Shown here: positions 49,466-59,924 of the stretch, piece after piece
Layout: every line of letters begins with the position of its first letter
Position numbering within the stretch: the stretch's first letter is position 1
Source of the DNA: Gammaproteobacteria bacterium
GTDB lineage: Bacteria; Pseudomonadota; Gammaproteobacteria; Magnimaribacterales; D2472
DNA length: 64,000 nucleotides
Assembly (NCBI GenBank): GCA_045564035.1
Contig: JBJLIA010000021.1
Location: 6,702 to 70,701 of the forward strand
Reading direction: 5' to 3'
Translations under genes and position numbers: made by a program
Notes under the pieces: generated by a model
Seen by the model: only the letters and a program-made list of their open reading frames with translations
The model's database searches: none
Told to the model about the DNA's origin: nothing

Positions 49466-49513
49466 TTTATTTAATTAATAAGTTTCAACACAGATATTAT
49501 ATTAGCTTAGAAA

Positions 49514-49762
49514 ATGAATAGAGACATCAATAAAACAAAATGGAAGTGCAGAAGAGGTCTTAGGGAGCTAGATCTTCTATTTAGAAGATACAGTGAAGAT
49601 AACCTTGATTCTCTTTCTAAACAAGATTTTGAGATGTTTAATAGTATTTTAGACCTTGAAGATCAACCTCTTTATGACTTCATTTTCAAAAATGAGTCTT
49701 TAAATAGTCCAGAAAAAGAGATTTTTATCCTTGCTAACATAAAAAAATTTACTAATAAGTGA
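49514..49762 (+). CDS. sdhE: FAD assembly factor SdhE (YgfY/CptB)
   Basis: 82 aa with the RGxxE motif (CRRGLRELD) and a DxxL..W-type helical bundle. Confidence 0.8.
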   Translation: MNRDINKTKWKCRRGLRELDLLFRRYSEDNLDSLSKQDFEMFNSILDLEDQPLYDFIFKNESLNSPEKEIFILANIKKFTNK

Positions 49763-49804
49763 AACTATTCCATTTAATCTTTGTCCAAATACACGAGGAA
49801 ACGC

Positions 49805-50374
49805 ATGGGAATTAGCAAAGAGGACGAGGTGTTTGTAAGTGAAATTAAATCAGGAAATAAAATGGCTTTTGAAGCCATTGTCTTAAAATATCAGCCAAAA
49901 CTAATGTCTGCTTTGATAGGTTACACAAAGTCTCGAGATCAAGCCGAGGAGCTTTCGCAAAAAACTTTTTTAAGAGTATGGCAAAAAATTGAATCATTCA
50001 GAGGAGATAGCGGCCTTTTTACATGGATTTACAGAATAGGAATAAACCTTGCAAAGAATGATTTTGCTAGCAGCCATGCTAGAAGCTCAAAGATAACTGA
50101 TTCATTGGATCAAACTGATCACGATATACCTCAGCATCTCTCCCCAGAAGTTGAACTTATTGCATTGGAGTCAGAACATAGGATTATGGACTTCATCCAA
50201 ACGCTTGATGCTGATACTAAGACAGCCTTCACATTAAGAGAGATTGATGGAAGAACTTATGATGAGATTGCTCAAATTCTTGAATGCCCAATTGGAACTG
50301 TAAGATCAAGAATATTTCGCGCAAGACAGCTTATATTAGAATTTATGAATCAGGAGAATATTTTAAATGGATAA
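49805..50374 (+). CDS. rpoE: ECF sigma factor RpoE (sigma-24 / AlgU)
   Basis: Region 2 (FEAIVLKYQPKL.., ELSQKTFLRVW..FRG.S.F.TWIYRI.IN) and region 4 (REIDGRTYDEIAQILECPIGTVRSRIFRAR). I prefer ATG 49805, preceded by GAGGAA, over track TTG 49781. Confidence 0.88.
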   Translation: MGISKEDEVFVSEIKSGNKMAFEAIVLKYQPKLMSALIGYTKSRDQAEELSQKTFLRVWQKIESFRGDSGLFTWIYRIGINLAKNDFASSHARSSKITDSLDQTDHDIPQHLSPEVELIALESEHRIMDFIQTLDADTKTAFTLREIDGRTYDEIAQILECPIGTVRSRIFRARQLILEFMNQENILNG

Positions 50375-51059
50375 CGATATAGAAAAACTGTCTGCTTTAT
50401 ATGATGGCGAGCTCTCATCCAAAGAAATGCAAGAAAGTCTTGAAATGATGAATGAAGATGATGGCCTGAAGGAAACCTTTAAGAAATTTGGATTAATTTC
50501 AGATCTGTTGCAGAGGCATTCTGAACAAAAAACTCCAAAAGTTTTATTTTTAAGAGATCGCCTCAACAAGATTAATCCTTTATTGAGTAATTTAGTAACA
50601 GCTGCAGCAACAGTCATGATCACACTAATCGTTTTATATCAGCTGGATGACGATCGCTTTCAGGTTGATATAGATAGCTCTCTACAGCTATCATCAGCAA
50701 TTTCAAGTGAGCAGGCTAAAAATCAATTATTGAATGCAGATCAAAATATCATGGAGCATATGATTCATATTATGCAATCCAGTCAATCGCATAAATCTCA
50801 ACAAGTTTCTAAAAATTGGATCCCTGTAGGCTATTCTGTCAATCCAGATAACCCCAATCAATATTCAAATGGAAGAAATAATTTATTTTTCCACCTTGAA
50901 AAAAAACAACTTGGCATTAAAAAGGTGAGATACTTTAAAGCAAATAATAACTGGATTTATTTGATTCCGTTGCAAGATGGGAGATTGTTGACTGCCTATG
51001 GCGACGTTCCTCCTTCGGTTGCTGACCCGATGATCCAATCAATTTATCAAAGGAAATAA
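50367..51059 (+). CDS. rseA: Anti-sigma-E factor, RseA/MucA-like
   Basis: 230 aa with the N-terminal LSALYDGEL (RseA_N signature LSALMDGE), a single TM (LVTAAATVMITLIVLY) and a periplasmic C-domain. It overlaps rpoE by 8 nt. Confidence 0.75.
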   Translation: MDNDIEKLSALYDGELSSKEMQESLEMMNEDDGLKETFKKFGLISDLLQRHSEQKTPKVLFLRDRLNKINPLLSNLVTAAATVMITLIVLYQLDDDRFQVDIDSSLQLSSAISSEQAKNQLLNADQNIMEHMIHIMQSSQSHKSQQVSKNWIPVGYSVNPDNPNQYSNGRNNLFFHLEKKQLGIKKVRYFKANNNWIYLIPLQDGRLLTAYGDVPPSVADPMIQSIYQRK

Positions 51060-51060
51060 C

Positions 51061-52464
51061 ATGAATCTTTTCAAAAACAAGATTGCTCTTTTATTCGTTG
51101 TAGGATTTTCATTTTTTACTAATATTAATGCAGCATTGCCTTCTAATATTTCAGAGTTGGTTGAAACCTCTGCTCCAGCAGTTGTGAATATAACTTCTCG
51201 TAAGGAAGTGAAAATGCAAAATTCACCCAGAGGCTTCGATGAGTTTGAGAGATTCTTTGGTATTCCCAGAGGCAGAAGCTTCCCCCAACCTCAGCAGCCT
51301 CAAACAAGAGAAGCAGTTGCATATGGATCTGGTTTTATATTTAAAGATGGTTATTTATTAACTAATTTCCATGTTATCGATGAGGCAGAAGAAATCACAG
51401 TTTCTTTAAATGATAGAAGGGAATTTTCTGCTGAGGTGGTTGGCGTAGATCCTCTTTCAGACTTAGCTGTTTTAAAGATTAAAGGTAAAAAATTACCAAA
51501 AGTTTCTATTGGTGATAGTGAAAATCTTAAGGTTGGAGATTGGGTTGTCGCAATTGGCTCACCATTCTCTTTTGATTTCTCAGTTACAGCCGGAATCGTT
51601 AGCGCAAAGGGAAGGAGTATTCAAAATCAAAATATTGGAAACTATGTCCCATTTATTCAGACTGATGTGGCTATTAATCCTGGTAACTCTGGAGGGCCAT
51701 TATTTGATTTAGATGGAAAGGTTGTAGGGATTAACTCACAAATTTATTCCCGAAGTGGGGGTTATCAAGGCCTCGCATTCGCAATACCTATAGATGTTGC
51801 GATGGAGGTAGCCAGCCAGATTATTGAAGATGGAAGTGTTGCCCGGGGATATCTTGGTGTGCGAGTGGGTGAAGTTGATAATGACCTTGCCGAAGCACTG
51901 AGCATGGAAAAACCTTATGGAGCCCTTATTACTGATGTCGAAAAGGGAGAATCTGGTGATGACGCTGGACTACAATCAGGAGATGTAATAATTGAATTTA
52001 ATGGAAAAGAAATAAAATTTGGCTCAGATCTGCCTCATGTTGTTGGCAGAATCCAGCCTGCAACTAAGGCAAATGCAAGGGTTATTCGTGACGGAAAAAA
52101 TATAAGTTTAAAGTTTGTTTTAGGTGAATTGCCTGCTGATGAGAGGACATTTGTCCCAGCTAAAACAGAAATATCAGCTGACCCACTGGGATTAAAGATA
52201 GATAATTTATCTGAGGAGAACTCTCAACCAAATGATCCAGAAAATGGAGTATTGGTTTTAAGAGTGAATAATGGTTCTCCTGCATACGGAAAATTAACAA
52301 GAGGCGATATCATCACCGAAGTCATTTCTCAGGGTAAGCGTTATGCAATAGAGAATGCGGAGTCTTTTAGAGAACTAATTGACCAATTTGAAGAAGGTGA
52401 TAAATTAGCAATTGTTGGGCGCCGAAACAACAACAGATTCTTTGTTGCTGTAACCGTAGATTAA
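51061..52464 (+). CDS. Periplasmic serine endoprotease DegP/DegQ/MucD (HtrA family, two PDZ domains)
   Basis: 467 aa with a signal peptide, the catalytic triad context (TNFHV.., D.A.LK, GNSGGPL) and two PDZ-like regions. It sits after rpoE-rseA as mucD does in Pseudomonas. Confidence 0.88.
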   Translation: MNLFKNKIALLFVVGFSFFTNINAALPSNISELVETSAPAVVNITSRKEVKMQNSPRGFDEFERFFGIPRGRSFPQPQQPQTREAVAYGSGFIFKDGYLLTNFHVIDEAEEITVSLNDRREFSAEVVGVDPLSDLAVLKIKGKKLPKVSIGDSENLKVGDWVVAIGSPFSFDFSVTAGIVSAKGRSIQNQNIGNYVPFIQTDVAINPGNSGGPLFDLDGKVVGINSQIYSRSGGYQGLAFAIPIDVAMEVASQIIEDGSVARGYLGVRVGEVDNDLAEALSMEKPYGALITDVEKGESGDDAGLQSGDVIIEFNGKEIKFGSDLPHVVGRIQPATKANARVIRDGKNISLKFVLGELPADERTFVPAKTEISADPLGLKIDNLSEENSQPNDPENGVLVLRVNNGSPAYGKLTRGDIITEVISQGKRYAIENAESFRELIDQFEEGDKLAIVGRRNNNRFFVAVTVD

Positions 52465-52481
52465 ATTCATTTTAAATGCAC

Positions 52482-52512
52482 AAGAAAAGCTGATAACAGA
52501 TCAGCTTTTCTT
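52482..52512 (+). terminator. Hairpin terminator after the HtrA-family protease gene
   Basis: aagaaaagctgat (52482..52494), loop aacag, atcagcttttctt (52500..52512). The stem is a perfect 13 bp and its 3' side is T-rich. Confidence 0.7.
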
Positions 52513-52539
52513 ATAGAATAGTCATGCATTTATTAGAAG

Positions 52540-54330
52540 ATGAAAAATATTAGAAATTTCTCCATTATTGCCCATATTGATCATGGGAAATCCACTCTGT
52601 CTGATAGGTTGATAGAATATTGTGGAGGACTCTCACAAAGAGAAATGTCTGAGCAAATTCTTGACTCGATGGACATAGAAAGAGAGCGTGGAATTACCAT
52701 AAAAGCACAAGCAGTAACTCTAGATTATGAAAAAGATGGTGAAATTTATCAACTGAATTTTATTGATACACCTGGCCACGTAGATTTTTCTTATGAAGTT
52801 TCTCGCTCACTGTCAGCATGCGAAGGGGCTTTATTGGTTGTTGATGGGTCGCAAGGTGTAGAAGCGCAAACATTAGCTAATTGCTATACAGCAGTTGATC
52901 AAAACCTTGAAGTGTTAGCTGCAATCAATAAAATTGATTTACCTCAAGCGGAGCCGGATAGAGTTAAGCAAGAAATTGAAGACATGATTGGAATTGATGC
53001 AACCACCGCTCCTTTGGTAAGCGCCAAGACTGGTCAAGGCATTGCAGAGCTTTTAGATCTTTTGGTGGACAATATCCCGCCGCCTGAGGGAGATCCAAAT
53101 GCAGACTTTGAAGCCTTGATTATCGATTCATGGTTTGATGCCTATCTTGGAGTTGTGTCCTTAATAAAAGTCATAAATGGTTCTATTAAAGAAGGCCAAA
53201 AAATTAAAGTTTACTCAACACAACAATCATATCTAGCAGATCAAATTGGAATATTCTCTCCAAAAAAGATTGCAAAAAAAGAGCTAAGTGTTGGCCAGGT
53301 TGGATACATGGTTGCTGGTATAAAAAATATACAGGGAGCGCCGGTTGGAGATACCATTTTAGACACCAAAAATGACACATCCAAGCCATTGCCTGGATTT
53401 CAAAAAGTTCTTCCAAAAGTTTTTGCATCATTGTTTACCGTTGACTCAGACGAATATGAAAAGTTTCGAGATGCTCTTTCTAAACTTGTGCTCAATGATT
53501 CTGCTTTGATATATGAACCAGAAGTATCTGATGCACTAGGCTTTGGTTTTAGATGTGGTTTTTTGGGAACACTGCATCTAGAGGTTGTTCGAGAAAGGCT
53601 TGAAAGAGAATATGACCTGAACCTAATTTCTACCGCCCCATCTGTGCAATATCAAGTGGTTAAGACCGATGGAGCCATCATAGATTGCGATAGCCCATCC
53701 CAATTACCAGTTCTTAGCAACGTAAATGAAATCAGGGAGCCATATGTTTTAGCAACCATATTGACCCCAAAGGATTATGTAGGAAATGTAATTACATTAT
53801 GCACGCAAAAAAGAGGCACTCAGAAGGAGATGACTTATTTTGGCAATCAAGTTTCCATTGTCTTTGAAATGCCGCTTGCAGAAGTAATCATTGATTTCTT
53901 TGATCGCTTAAAATCTACGACCAAGGGCTATGCTTCCATTGAATATAATGTCACAGAATTTAAAGCATCGAACCTAATTAAACTAGATGTTTTGCTGAAC
54001 AATGATGTTGTTGACGCTTTATCTATCATTATTCATAAAGATTTTGCAATGAGTCGTGGAAGAGAAGTAGCGAAAAATTTACAAAAATTGATTCCTCGCC
54101 AAATGTTTGACATCCCCATACAAGTCGCTCTGGGCTCCAAAATTATTTCTCGTGAGACAGTTAAGGCTCTTCGAAAGAATGTTACCGCAAAGTGTTATGG
54201 CGGAGATATCACTCGTAAAAAGAAATTGCTTGAGAAGCAGAAAGAAGGTAAAAAGAAAATGAAACAGTTTGGAAGGGTATCTATACCCCAGGAAGCATTT
54301 TTAAATTATTTTAATTCAGGAGAAAAATGA
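52540..54330 (+). CDS. lepA: Translation elongation factor 4 (LepA)
   Basis: 596 aa with [27 protein letters not shown] and the characteristic LepA C-terminal domain (..[25 protein letters not shown]). Confidence 0.96.
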   Translation: MKNIRNFSIIAHIDHGKSTLSDRLIEYCGGLSQREMSEQILDSMDIERERGITIKAQAVTLDYEKDGEIYQLNFIDTPGHVDFSYEVSRSLSACEGALLVVDGSQGVEAQTLANCYTAVDQNLEVLAAINKIDLPQAEPDRVKQEIEDMIGIDATTAPLVSAKTGQGIAELLDLLVDNIPPPEGDPNADFEALIIDSWFDAYLGVVSLIKVINGSIKEGQKIKVYSTQQSYLADQIGIFSPKKIAKKELSVGQVGYMVAGIKNIQGAPVGDTILDTKNDTSKPLPGFQKVLPKVFASLFTVDSDEYEKFRDALSKLVLNDSALIYEPEVSDALGFGFRCGFLGTLHLEVVRERLEREYDLNLISTAPSVQYQVVKTDGAIIDCDSPSQLPVLSNVNEIREPYVLATILTPKDYVGNVITLCTQKRGTQKEMTYFGNQVSIVFEMPLAEVIIDFFDRLKSTTKGYASIEYNVTEFKASNLIKLDVLLNNDVVDALSIIIHKDFAMSRGREVAKNLQKLIPRQMFDIPIQVALGSKIISRETVKALRKNVTAKCYGGDITRKKKLLEKQKEGKKKMKQFGRVSIPQEAFLNYFNSGEK

Positions 54331-55205
54331 TGTTTGGAGATCCAATCTTTTTATTATCCTTGTTTGCAGTGTTTTGCTTGATAGGGATTTGGATTTATCA
54401 AGTATTGCACGACACATTAACTGATCAATCACAGCAAATTATTTACATTGCAGGTTTATTTTTATCCTTACTTGGGATTTATAGAATTTTTGTTAATGCT
54501 GGTGATCTAGGATCAGTATTGTTGATTGGCTCATTTATTTGTTTGATGATTTTGTTGATCGGGATCTTTAGCAAAAATACTTTATTAAAAACAACAGGAA
54601 GAGGCTGGTTTTTCCCTGTCTTTTTAATTTTTGTTCTTCGTACCTTTATCTATGAACCTTATCAGATACCCTCTGGATCAATGATTCCTGGGCTTAAGGT
54701 TGGAGACTTTATCCTAGTCAATAAACATAGTTATGGCATAAAGGTTAATAGAATTGGTAATACTTTTGCTTTATCAGCAGATCCTGAATATGGAGATGTA
54801 GTTGTTTTTATTCCGCCTCATGTCAACGTTCCATACATAAAACGTTTAATTGGCAAGCCTGGAGATACTATTGGCTACTTAAATAAAAAGATTTATGTGA
54901 ATGGTGCAGCCATTAAGCAGGAGTTAATTTCCACAACACAGGAAGAGACATTTTTAAAAGAAACTTTAGCTAATTCAAATCGAATAATTAGAATTGTTGG
55001 GGGGAGTGCTTCCTATCCTGAGGAATTTATTGTGCCTGCAAATCATTATTTTGTTATGGGAGACAATAGGGATAATTCCAGCGATTCTCGATATTTTGGA
55101 TTTGTCCCAAGGGAAAATTTTATGGGCACAGGAGAGCTAATTTGGATGACATGGGAGTGTTGGACTTGCTTACCATCATTTGAAAGAGCAGGTTTTATTC
55201 AGTAA
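54327..55205 (+). CDS. lepB: Signal peptidase I
   Basis: 292 aa with [10 protein letters not shown] (catalytic Ser), [11 protein letters not shown] (Lys) and [16 protein letters not shown]. Confidence 0.92.
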   Translation: MMFGDPIFLLSLFAVFCLIGIWIYQVLHDTLTDQSQQIIYIAGLFLSLLGIYRIFVNAGDLGSVLLIGSFICLMILLIGIFSKNTLLKTTGRGWFFPVFLIFVLRTFIYEPYQIPSGSMIPGLKVGDFILVNKHSYGIKVNRIGNTFALSADPEYGDVVVFIPPHVNVPYIKRLIGKPGDTIGYLNKKIYVNGAAIKQELISTTQEETFLKETLANSNRIIRIVGGSASYPEEFIVPANHYFVMGDNRDNSSDSRYFGFVPRENFMGTGELIWMTWECWTCLPSFERAGFIQ

Positions 55206-55210
55206 AAGCT

Positions 55211-55861
55211 ATGAGTGCAAGTTCTATAGAAGTCGATAAATCATATTTGGAACTGCCTTTAATGAAACAAGCATTTATTCATAAAAGTGTTTCTTCAGCT
55301 CAAAATAACGAAAGGTTAGAGTTTTTAGGGGATGCAGTTTTAGAAATTGTTGTCTCAGAGTATCTTTTTAATCGTTTTGATAAACTGGATGAGGGCCGAT
55401 TAACTCAAATGAGAGCATCTCTTGTTAATACCCAATCACTTTCAAAAATTTTTCTTCAATTGGATTGCAGAGATCTGCTGCAAACCTCTATAGGAACTAA
55501 AAAATTAGATGAAACACACAAATATTCAATTTATGCAGGAGCTTTAGAGGCCTGCATTGGTGCAATTTTTGTTGAATTGGGTTTTGAAGAAAGTAAAAGT
55601 TTTATTTTGTATCTTTTTCAAGATAGTTTCTCCCTTTTAAATGAATCTATAGAATTGAAAGATGCAAAATCAAGATTGCAAGAAGCATTACAAGCTTTAG
55701 GAGTACAACCACCAAATTATTTAGTCGCATCCAACAAAGAGGGTAATAATTTTAATTGTAATGTCACTTTCGATGGTAAAACTTTTAGCGCTTCTGCTTC
55801 AATAAAAAAAGAATCGGAACAAAGGGTTGCTGAGTTAATTTTATTAGAGTTGAATCAATAA
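55211..55861 (+). CDS. rnc: Ribonuclease III
   Basis: 216 aa with the RNase III signature ERLEFLGDAVL and a C-terminal dsRBD. Confidence 0.92.
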   Translation: MSASSIEVDKSYLELPLMKQAFIHKSVSSAQNNERLEFLGDAVLEIVVSEYLFNRFDKLDEGRLTQMRASLVNTQSLSKIFLQLDCRDLLQTSIGTKKLDETHKYSIYAGALEACIGAIFVELGFEESKSFILYLFQDSFSLLNESIELKDAKSRLQEALQALGVQPPNYLVASNKEGNNFNCNVTFDGKTFSASASIKKESEQRVAELILLELNQ

Positions 55862-56769
55862 TGAAGAGGCAGTTTTGTGGATATATTTCTATAGTAGGCA
55901 AGCCAAATGTTGGTAAATCCACTCTTCTTAATTCGATCTTAGATAAAAAAATATCTATTACATCGCGCAAATCTCAAACTACTAGAAACAATATTCTTGG
56001 AGTAAAAACCGATGAAGCATTTCAGATGATATTCCTAGATACGCCCGGTATTCATCTCAAAGCTACTAAAACCCTAAACAAAGTATTAAATCATTCAGCC
56101 TTAAGCGTTATCGAGGACTCCGATCTGGTGTTATTTGTTCTGCAAAGAGCTTCATTACAGGATCAGGATCGACAGGTTTTAAAAAAAATTAAAGAAACTC
56201 AAGTTCCAGCTATCTGTGTTCTCAATAAAGTTGACCAAGTCCAAAATAAAAATGACCTTCTGCCCTTAATACAAGAAATTGATGCAATTTATTCATTCAA
56301 GGATTACGTCCCTATTTCAGCTCTTAATTATGATGGCATAGATGACTTGCTAGGATGTATTAAAAAAGCTCTTCCAGAGAATAATCATTTATACCCAGCA
56401 GAACCAGAAGAAAAAGAAATCCCAGACAATTTTTTTATTAGCGAACTTGTAAGAGAGAAAATTATTCGATCTCTTGGGGATGAGCTTCCTCATGAAACGT
56501 ATGTGGTAGTAGAAACAAAAGCCATGGATGGAAAAATGTTATCTATAGGAGTTATTATTTACGTTGCTAGAGATAGCCAAAAAAGTATTGTTATAGGTCA
56601 TCAAGGCTCCAATTTAAAAAGAATAGGCCAACAAACAAGAGTTGAGCTTGAAAAAATGATTCATAAAAAAGTGTTATTAAAAACTTTTGTAAAAGTAAAC
56701 AAGAATTGGAATAATGATGCTCAGTATTTGAGTAGCCTTGGAGTAGGTAGCAACCAAGATGCAACATAA
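55861..56769 (+). CDS. era: GTPase Era
   Basis: 302 aa with GKPNVGKSTL, DTPG, NKVD and a C-terminal KH domain (VIGHQGSNLKRIG). Confidence 0.95.
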   Translation: MKRQFCGYISIVGKPNVGKSTLLNSILDKKISITSRKSQTTRNNILGVKTDEAFQMIFLDTPGIHLKATKTLNKVLNHSALSVIEDSDLVLFVLQRASLQDQDRQVLKKIKETQVPAICVLNKVDQVQNKNDLLPLIQEIDAIYSFKDYVPISALNYDGIDDLLGCIKKALPENNHLYPAEPEEKEIPDNFFISELVREKIIRSLGDELPHETYVVVETKAMDGKMLSIGVIIYVARDSQKSIVIGHQGSNLKRIGQQTRVELEKMIHKKVLLKTFVKVNKNWNNDAQYLSSLGVGSNQDAT

Positions 56770-57454
56770 TTGGGAGCCTTGCTTTCTTTTGCATGCCAGA
56801 TCTTTTGGAGATACCTCAATAATTGCAGATGTTTTTACTGAGTCTTCTGGAAAAGTTTCAATTATAGCTAAGGGCGCAAAAAATCCTCGATCAAAGTTTT
56901 TCGGCCACTTGCTTCCTTTTTCTGCCTTAAAAATAATTGTTACTGGCAAATCAGAAATGAAGACTTTAACTCAGATAGATTCAAATTTTGTTTCGCAGTC
57001 AGTCAAGGGGCCGCATGACCTTTATACATATCTTTATGTTAATGAGCTAATGATGCGACTCTTGCCTAAAGGACTACCAAATAAAGAGCTCTATGATCTT
57101 TATCAAAACTTTGTTGAGCTTGCTAGGGCAGATGCAATTTCTGAGCTTGACTTAAGAGTATTCGAGCTAGACCTTCTTGACGTCCTTGGTTATGGTATTA
57201 ATTTCGATACTGACAGCAAAGAAAACTCAGGGTTTAAAGATTCCATAATTTACTCATACATACCAGAAAAAGGATTTCATCACGCAGGTGATAGTGAAGG
57301 TTTCTCTGCTAGGGAAATAGCAGCGATAAAAATTAGAACCCTTGATGGAATTGATAAGTTAAAATTAAAGCAGTTACTGCAAGTTGCAATTAGTGCATGC
57401 TTAGATGGAAGGGAATTAAGTAGCAGAGATTTTTTTAAAAAAATTAGAATATGA
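56759..57454 (+). CDS. recO: DNA repair protein RecO
   Basis: 231 aa. The N-terminal OB-fold pattern (FLLHARSFGDTS.I.DVFT...G..S..AKGA) and its position after era support the call. Confidence 0.8.
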   Translation: MQHNWEPCFLLHARSFGDTSIIADVFTESSGKVSIIAKGAKNPRSKFFGHLLPFSALKIIVTGKSEMKTLTQIDSNFVSQSVKGPHDLYTYLYVNELMMRLLPKGLPNKELYDLYQNFVELARADAISELDLRVFELDLLDVLGYGINFDTDSKENSGFKDSIIYSYIPEKGFHHAGDSEGFSAREIAAIKIRTLDGIDKLKLKQLLQVAISACLDGRELSSRDFFKKIRI

Positions 57455-57828
57455 TTTATGGCATAGGAACAGATCTTGTAGATTTAGAGAGAGTTAAAAA
57501 AATGAAATCTTTATCTGCATTCGCTCATAAAATCTTGGGTGATCAAGAGCTTGAAGAGTATGCTCAATTAACTCAAGGATCAAATCGATACTATCTTGGA
57601 AAGCAATTTGCAGGCAAAGAAGCCTTTGCTAAGGCGCTTGGAACAGGTTTCAGGAATCCAATTTTTCCTAAGGATATCCAAATATTAAGAGATTCACTGG
57701 GTAAACCGGAAGTCTTGTTATCTGAGGGTGCAAAATCTTATGTTGAGGATTTGGGCATCACCAAATCCCATGTTAGTCTAGCCGATGAAAGCAATCATCT
57801 ACTTGCATTTGTAGTATTAGAAACATGA
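57451..57828 (+). CDS. acpS: Holo-[acyl-carrier-protein] synthase
   Basis: 125 aa with MIYGIGTDLV...R, FAGKEAFAKALGTG and H.SL.DE. Confidence 0.9.
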   Translation: MIYGIGTDLVDLERVKKMKSLSAFAHKILGDQELEEYAQLTQGSNRYYLGKQFAGKEAFAKALGTGFRNPIFPKDIQILRDSLGKPEVLLSEGAKSYVEDLGITKSHVSLADESNHLLAFVVLET

Positions 57829-58469
57829 ATAAAATACTTCTCTTGGGACCGCCAGGTGCTGGAAAAGGCACTCAGGCAGATATTATCTGTGAATCTTTAA
57901 GTATTCCTAAAATCAGTACAGGAGATATGCTGCGTTCAGCTATTTCATCTGGGAGCGAGCTAGGTAAAAAAGTTACAGACATCATGAATTCCGGTGGCTT
58001 GGTTTCTGATCAAATTATTATAGAGTTAATTTTAGATCGTATTGCCCAGCCTGACTGCGGGAATGGATTCTTATTTGATGGCGGCATAAGAACTGTCGGA
58101 CAAGCAGACTTATGTGTTGAAAATAGTATCGAGTTTACTCATGTTATTGAAATCAAGGTTGATGATGATGTAATTGTCGACAGAATGTCGGGTAGAAGGG
58201 TGCATCCAGGCTCTGGAAGGAACTATCATCTTGTTTTTCAACCACCTAAAAATGAGGGCATGGACGATATTACTGGTGAACCCCTTATCCAAAGAGAAGA
58301 TGATATGCCAGAAACAGTAAAGCATCGCTTGCAGGTATATCAAGATGAAACAAAACCACTTGTAGCTTATTATAATTCTCAGCAAAGCAGTACTTCTCTC
58401 AAGTATATCGCCGTGGATGGCTCTCAACCTGTTGAAAAAGTTTTTGAGGATATTGAGAAAAATTTTTAA
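57825..58469 (+). CDS. adk: Adenylate kinase
   Basis: 214 aa with the P-loop GPPGAGKGTQ, STGDMLR, a LID region (GRRVHP.SGR.YH) and DD.PE.V..RL..Y. Confidence 0.95.
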   Translation: MNKILLLGPPGAGKGTQADIICESLSIPKISTGDMLRSAISSGSELGKKVTDIMNSGGLVSDQIIIELILDRIAQPDCGNGFLFDGGIRTVGQADLCVENSIEFTHVIEIKVDDDVIVDRMSGRRVHPGSGRNYHLVFQPPKNEGMDDITGEPLIQREDDMPETVKHRLQVYQDETKPLVAYYNSQQSSTSLKYIAVDGSQPVEKVFEDIEKNF

Positions 58470-58473
58470 TTGA

Positions 58474-59133
58474 ATGAAAATTTTATCTCTTGATGTCAGC
58501 GGAAATTATTCATCAATTGCAATGCTTGATGGCGATGAGGTAAATTCTTTCACTCAAACCCATGATCGTAAAGATAGGCCTAATTGGGATAAGCTTTTTA
58601 CAAGTATTGGCTTTAATTCAAGAGAAGATTTCGATAGCCTTGATGGACTTGCCTTTGCATGTGGTCCAGGTTCGTATACTGCCCTCAGAATTACTGCTTC
58701 CTTTTTAAAGGCTATAGCCGAAGTTAAGACACTGCCTTTAGTTGCAATTTCAAGTTTAGAATCAATTGCACAAGAGGCATCTACTTGGATAGATGATGAT
58801 GAGGCGAAAATTTATGTAGCAATTGAAGCGGACACAAAAGAAAGCTATTTCTGTAATTATCAAAAAAATAATAATACACTTAAGCAAATCTTAGTTGAGA
58901 CAGTTATTCAAATGGATGAGTTGTCAGATCTATCAAATCAAGATGATTGTTATTTTGCTGGAACAGGCTGGCCAAAGGATACAGAAAATCATTCACGCTT
59001 TTTATCTCAAGCTATGGGCAGTGCTGCACCTATTGCAATACTGGCTAAGAAGAAACTAGAAACTGGTAAAGACTTTCTTCCAGAGAATGCAAATCCAATT
59101 TATTTAAAAACTCCTAACTATAAAAAATCATGA
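58474..59133 (+). CDS. tsaB: tRNA threonylcarbamoyladenosine biosynthesis protein TsaB (YeaZ)
   Basis: 219 aa with MKILSLDVSG.. and GPGSYTALRI. Confidence 0.8.
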   Translation: MKILSLDVSGNYSSIAMLDGDEVNSFTQTHDRKDRPNWDKLFTSIGFNSREDFDSLDGLAFACGPGSYTALRITASFLKAIAEVKTLPLVAISSLESIAQEASTWIDDDEAKIYVAIEADTKESYFCNYQKNNNTLKQILVETVIQMDELSDLSNQDDCYFAGTGWPKDTENHSRFLSQAMGSAAPIAILAKKKLETGKDFLPENANPIYLKTPNYKKS

Positions 59134-59924
59134 TTTCAGATTTTTTCCTCGCATTATTTCTTGCTTTGATTCAAGGTTTAACAGAATTTTTACCTGTTTC
59201 TAGCTCAGCTCATTTACTGTTGCCCTCTTTAATCTTTGGGGCAAAAGATTTTGGGATTGTCTTTGATATTTCAGTTCATGCCGGTACTTTGGCTGCAGTA
59301 ATTTACTATTTTAATAAAGAAATTCTAGGATTATTCCAAGCTTGGATGCCTTGGACAAAAACTAGAAGTAAAGAAAATTTTGCACTCGGGCTGAACCTCA
59401 TTGTTGCAACTTTACCAATCATTCTGGTTGGTTTACTTTTCTCAGATTTAACTGAATCAAGGTCTGCAAATATTGACTCAATTGCATGGTCAAACCTATT
59501 ATTTGCTGGTTTGCTATTCGCCGCATTCAAGTCCTCAACTCAATCCAAGTCTTTAACAGAATTAACCTTAATTGCAGCTCTAATCATTGGTTGTTTTCAG
59601 GCATTTGCAGTTTTTCCAGGAGCATCTAGATCAGGAATGGCAATAACTGGAGCGCTAATAATTGGATTAAATCTCAAGGATACTTCTAGGTTTGCTTTTT
59701 TATTAAGCGTGCCCACAATTTTTGGTGCTTTGGTATTGATGCTTGCAAAGGGGGCATATTCGATTGAATTAAGTGACATGCTGATTATGCTGACGGGTTT
59801 TTTTGGGTCAGCCTTTATTGCATTTATTACCATTAAGAGTTTTCTGCAATTTGTTGAAAAGATAGGAATGACTCCATTTGTTCTGTATAGAGTTGCTCTG
59901 GGTATGTTCCTTTTGCTTTTATGA
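59130..59924 (+). CDS. uppP: Undecaprenyl-diphosphatase
   Basis: 264 aa with QGLTEFLPVSSSAHL and PGASRSG (BacA/UppP motifs). Confidence 0.92.
   Translation: MISDFFLALFLALIQGLTEFLPVSSSAHLLLPSLIFGAKDFGIVFDISVHAGTLAAVIYYFNKEILGLFQAWMPWTKTRSKENFALGLNLIVATLPIILVGLLFSDLTESRSANIDSIAWSNLLFAGLLFAAFKSSTQSKSLTELTLIAALIIGCFQAFAVFPGASRSGMAITGALIIGLNLKDTSRFAFLLSVPTIFGALVLMLAKGAYSIELSDMLIMLTGFFGSAFIAFITIKSFLQFVEKIGMTPFVLYRVALGMFLLLL

Noticed and set aside
49760-49789. Sigma-E-like autoregulatory promoter upstream of rpoE (gaaacta - N16/17 - tccaaa versus GGAACTT-N16-TCAAA)
   Set aside because: The match is partial (5/7 and 4/5). A start site 6-7 nt after the -10 would fall inside the GAGGAA ribosome-binding site of the preferred ATG 49805, leaving no usable leader. 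In AT-rich DNA this could easily be chance.
50650-51059. C-terminal part of the RseA-like protein as a fused RseB/MucB remnant (tail ..YGDVPPSVADPMIQSI resembles the RseB C-terminal ..GE.P...A..IA..)
   Set aside because: The idea rests only on a short remembered motif, and the domain is far too small for RseB. It cannot be supported without a profile search.
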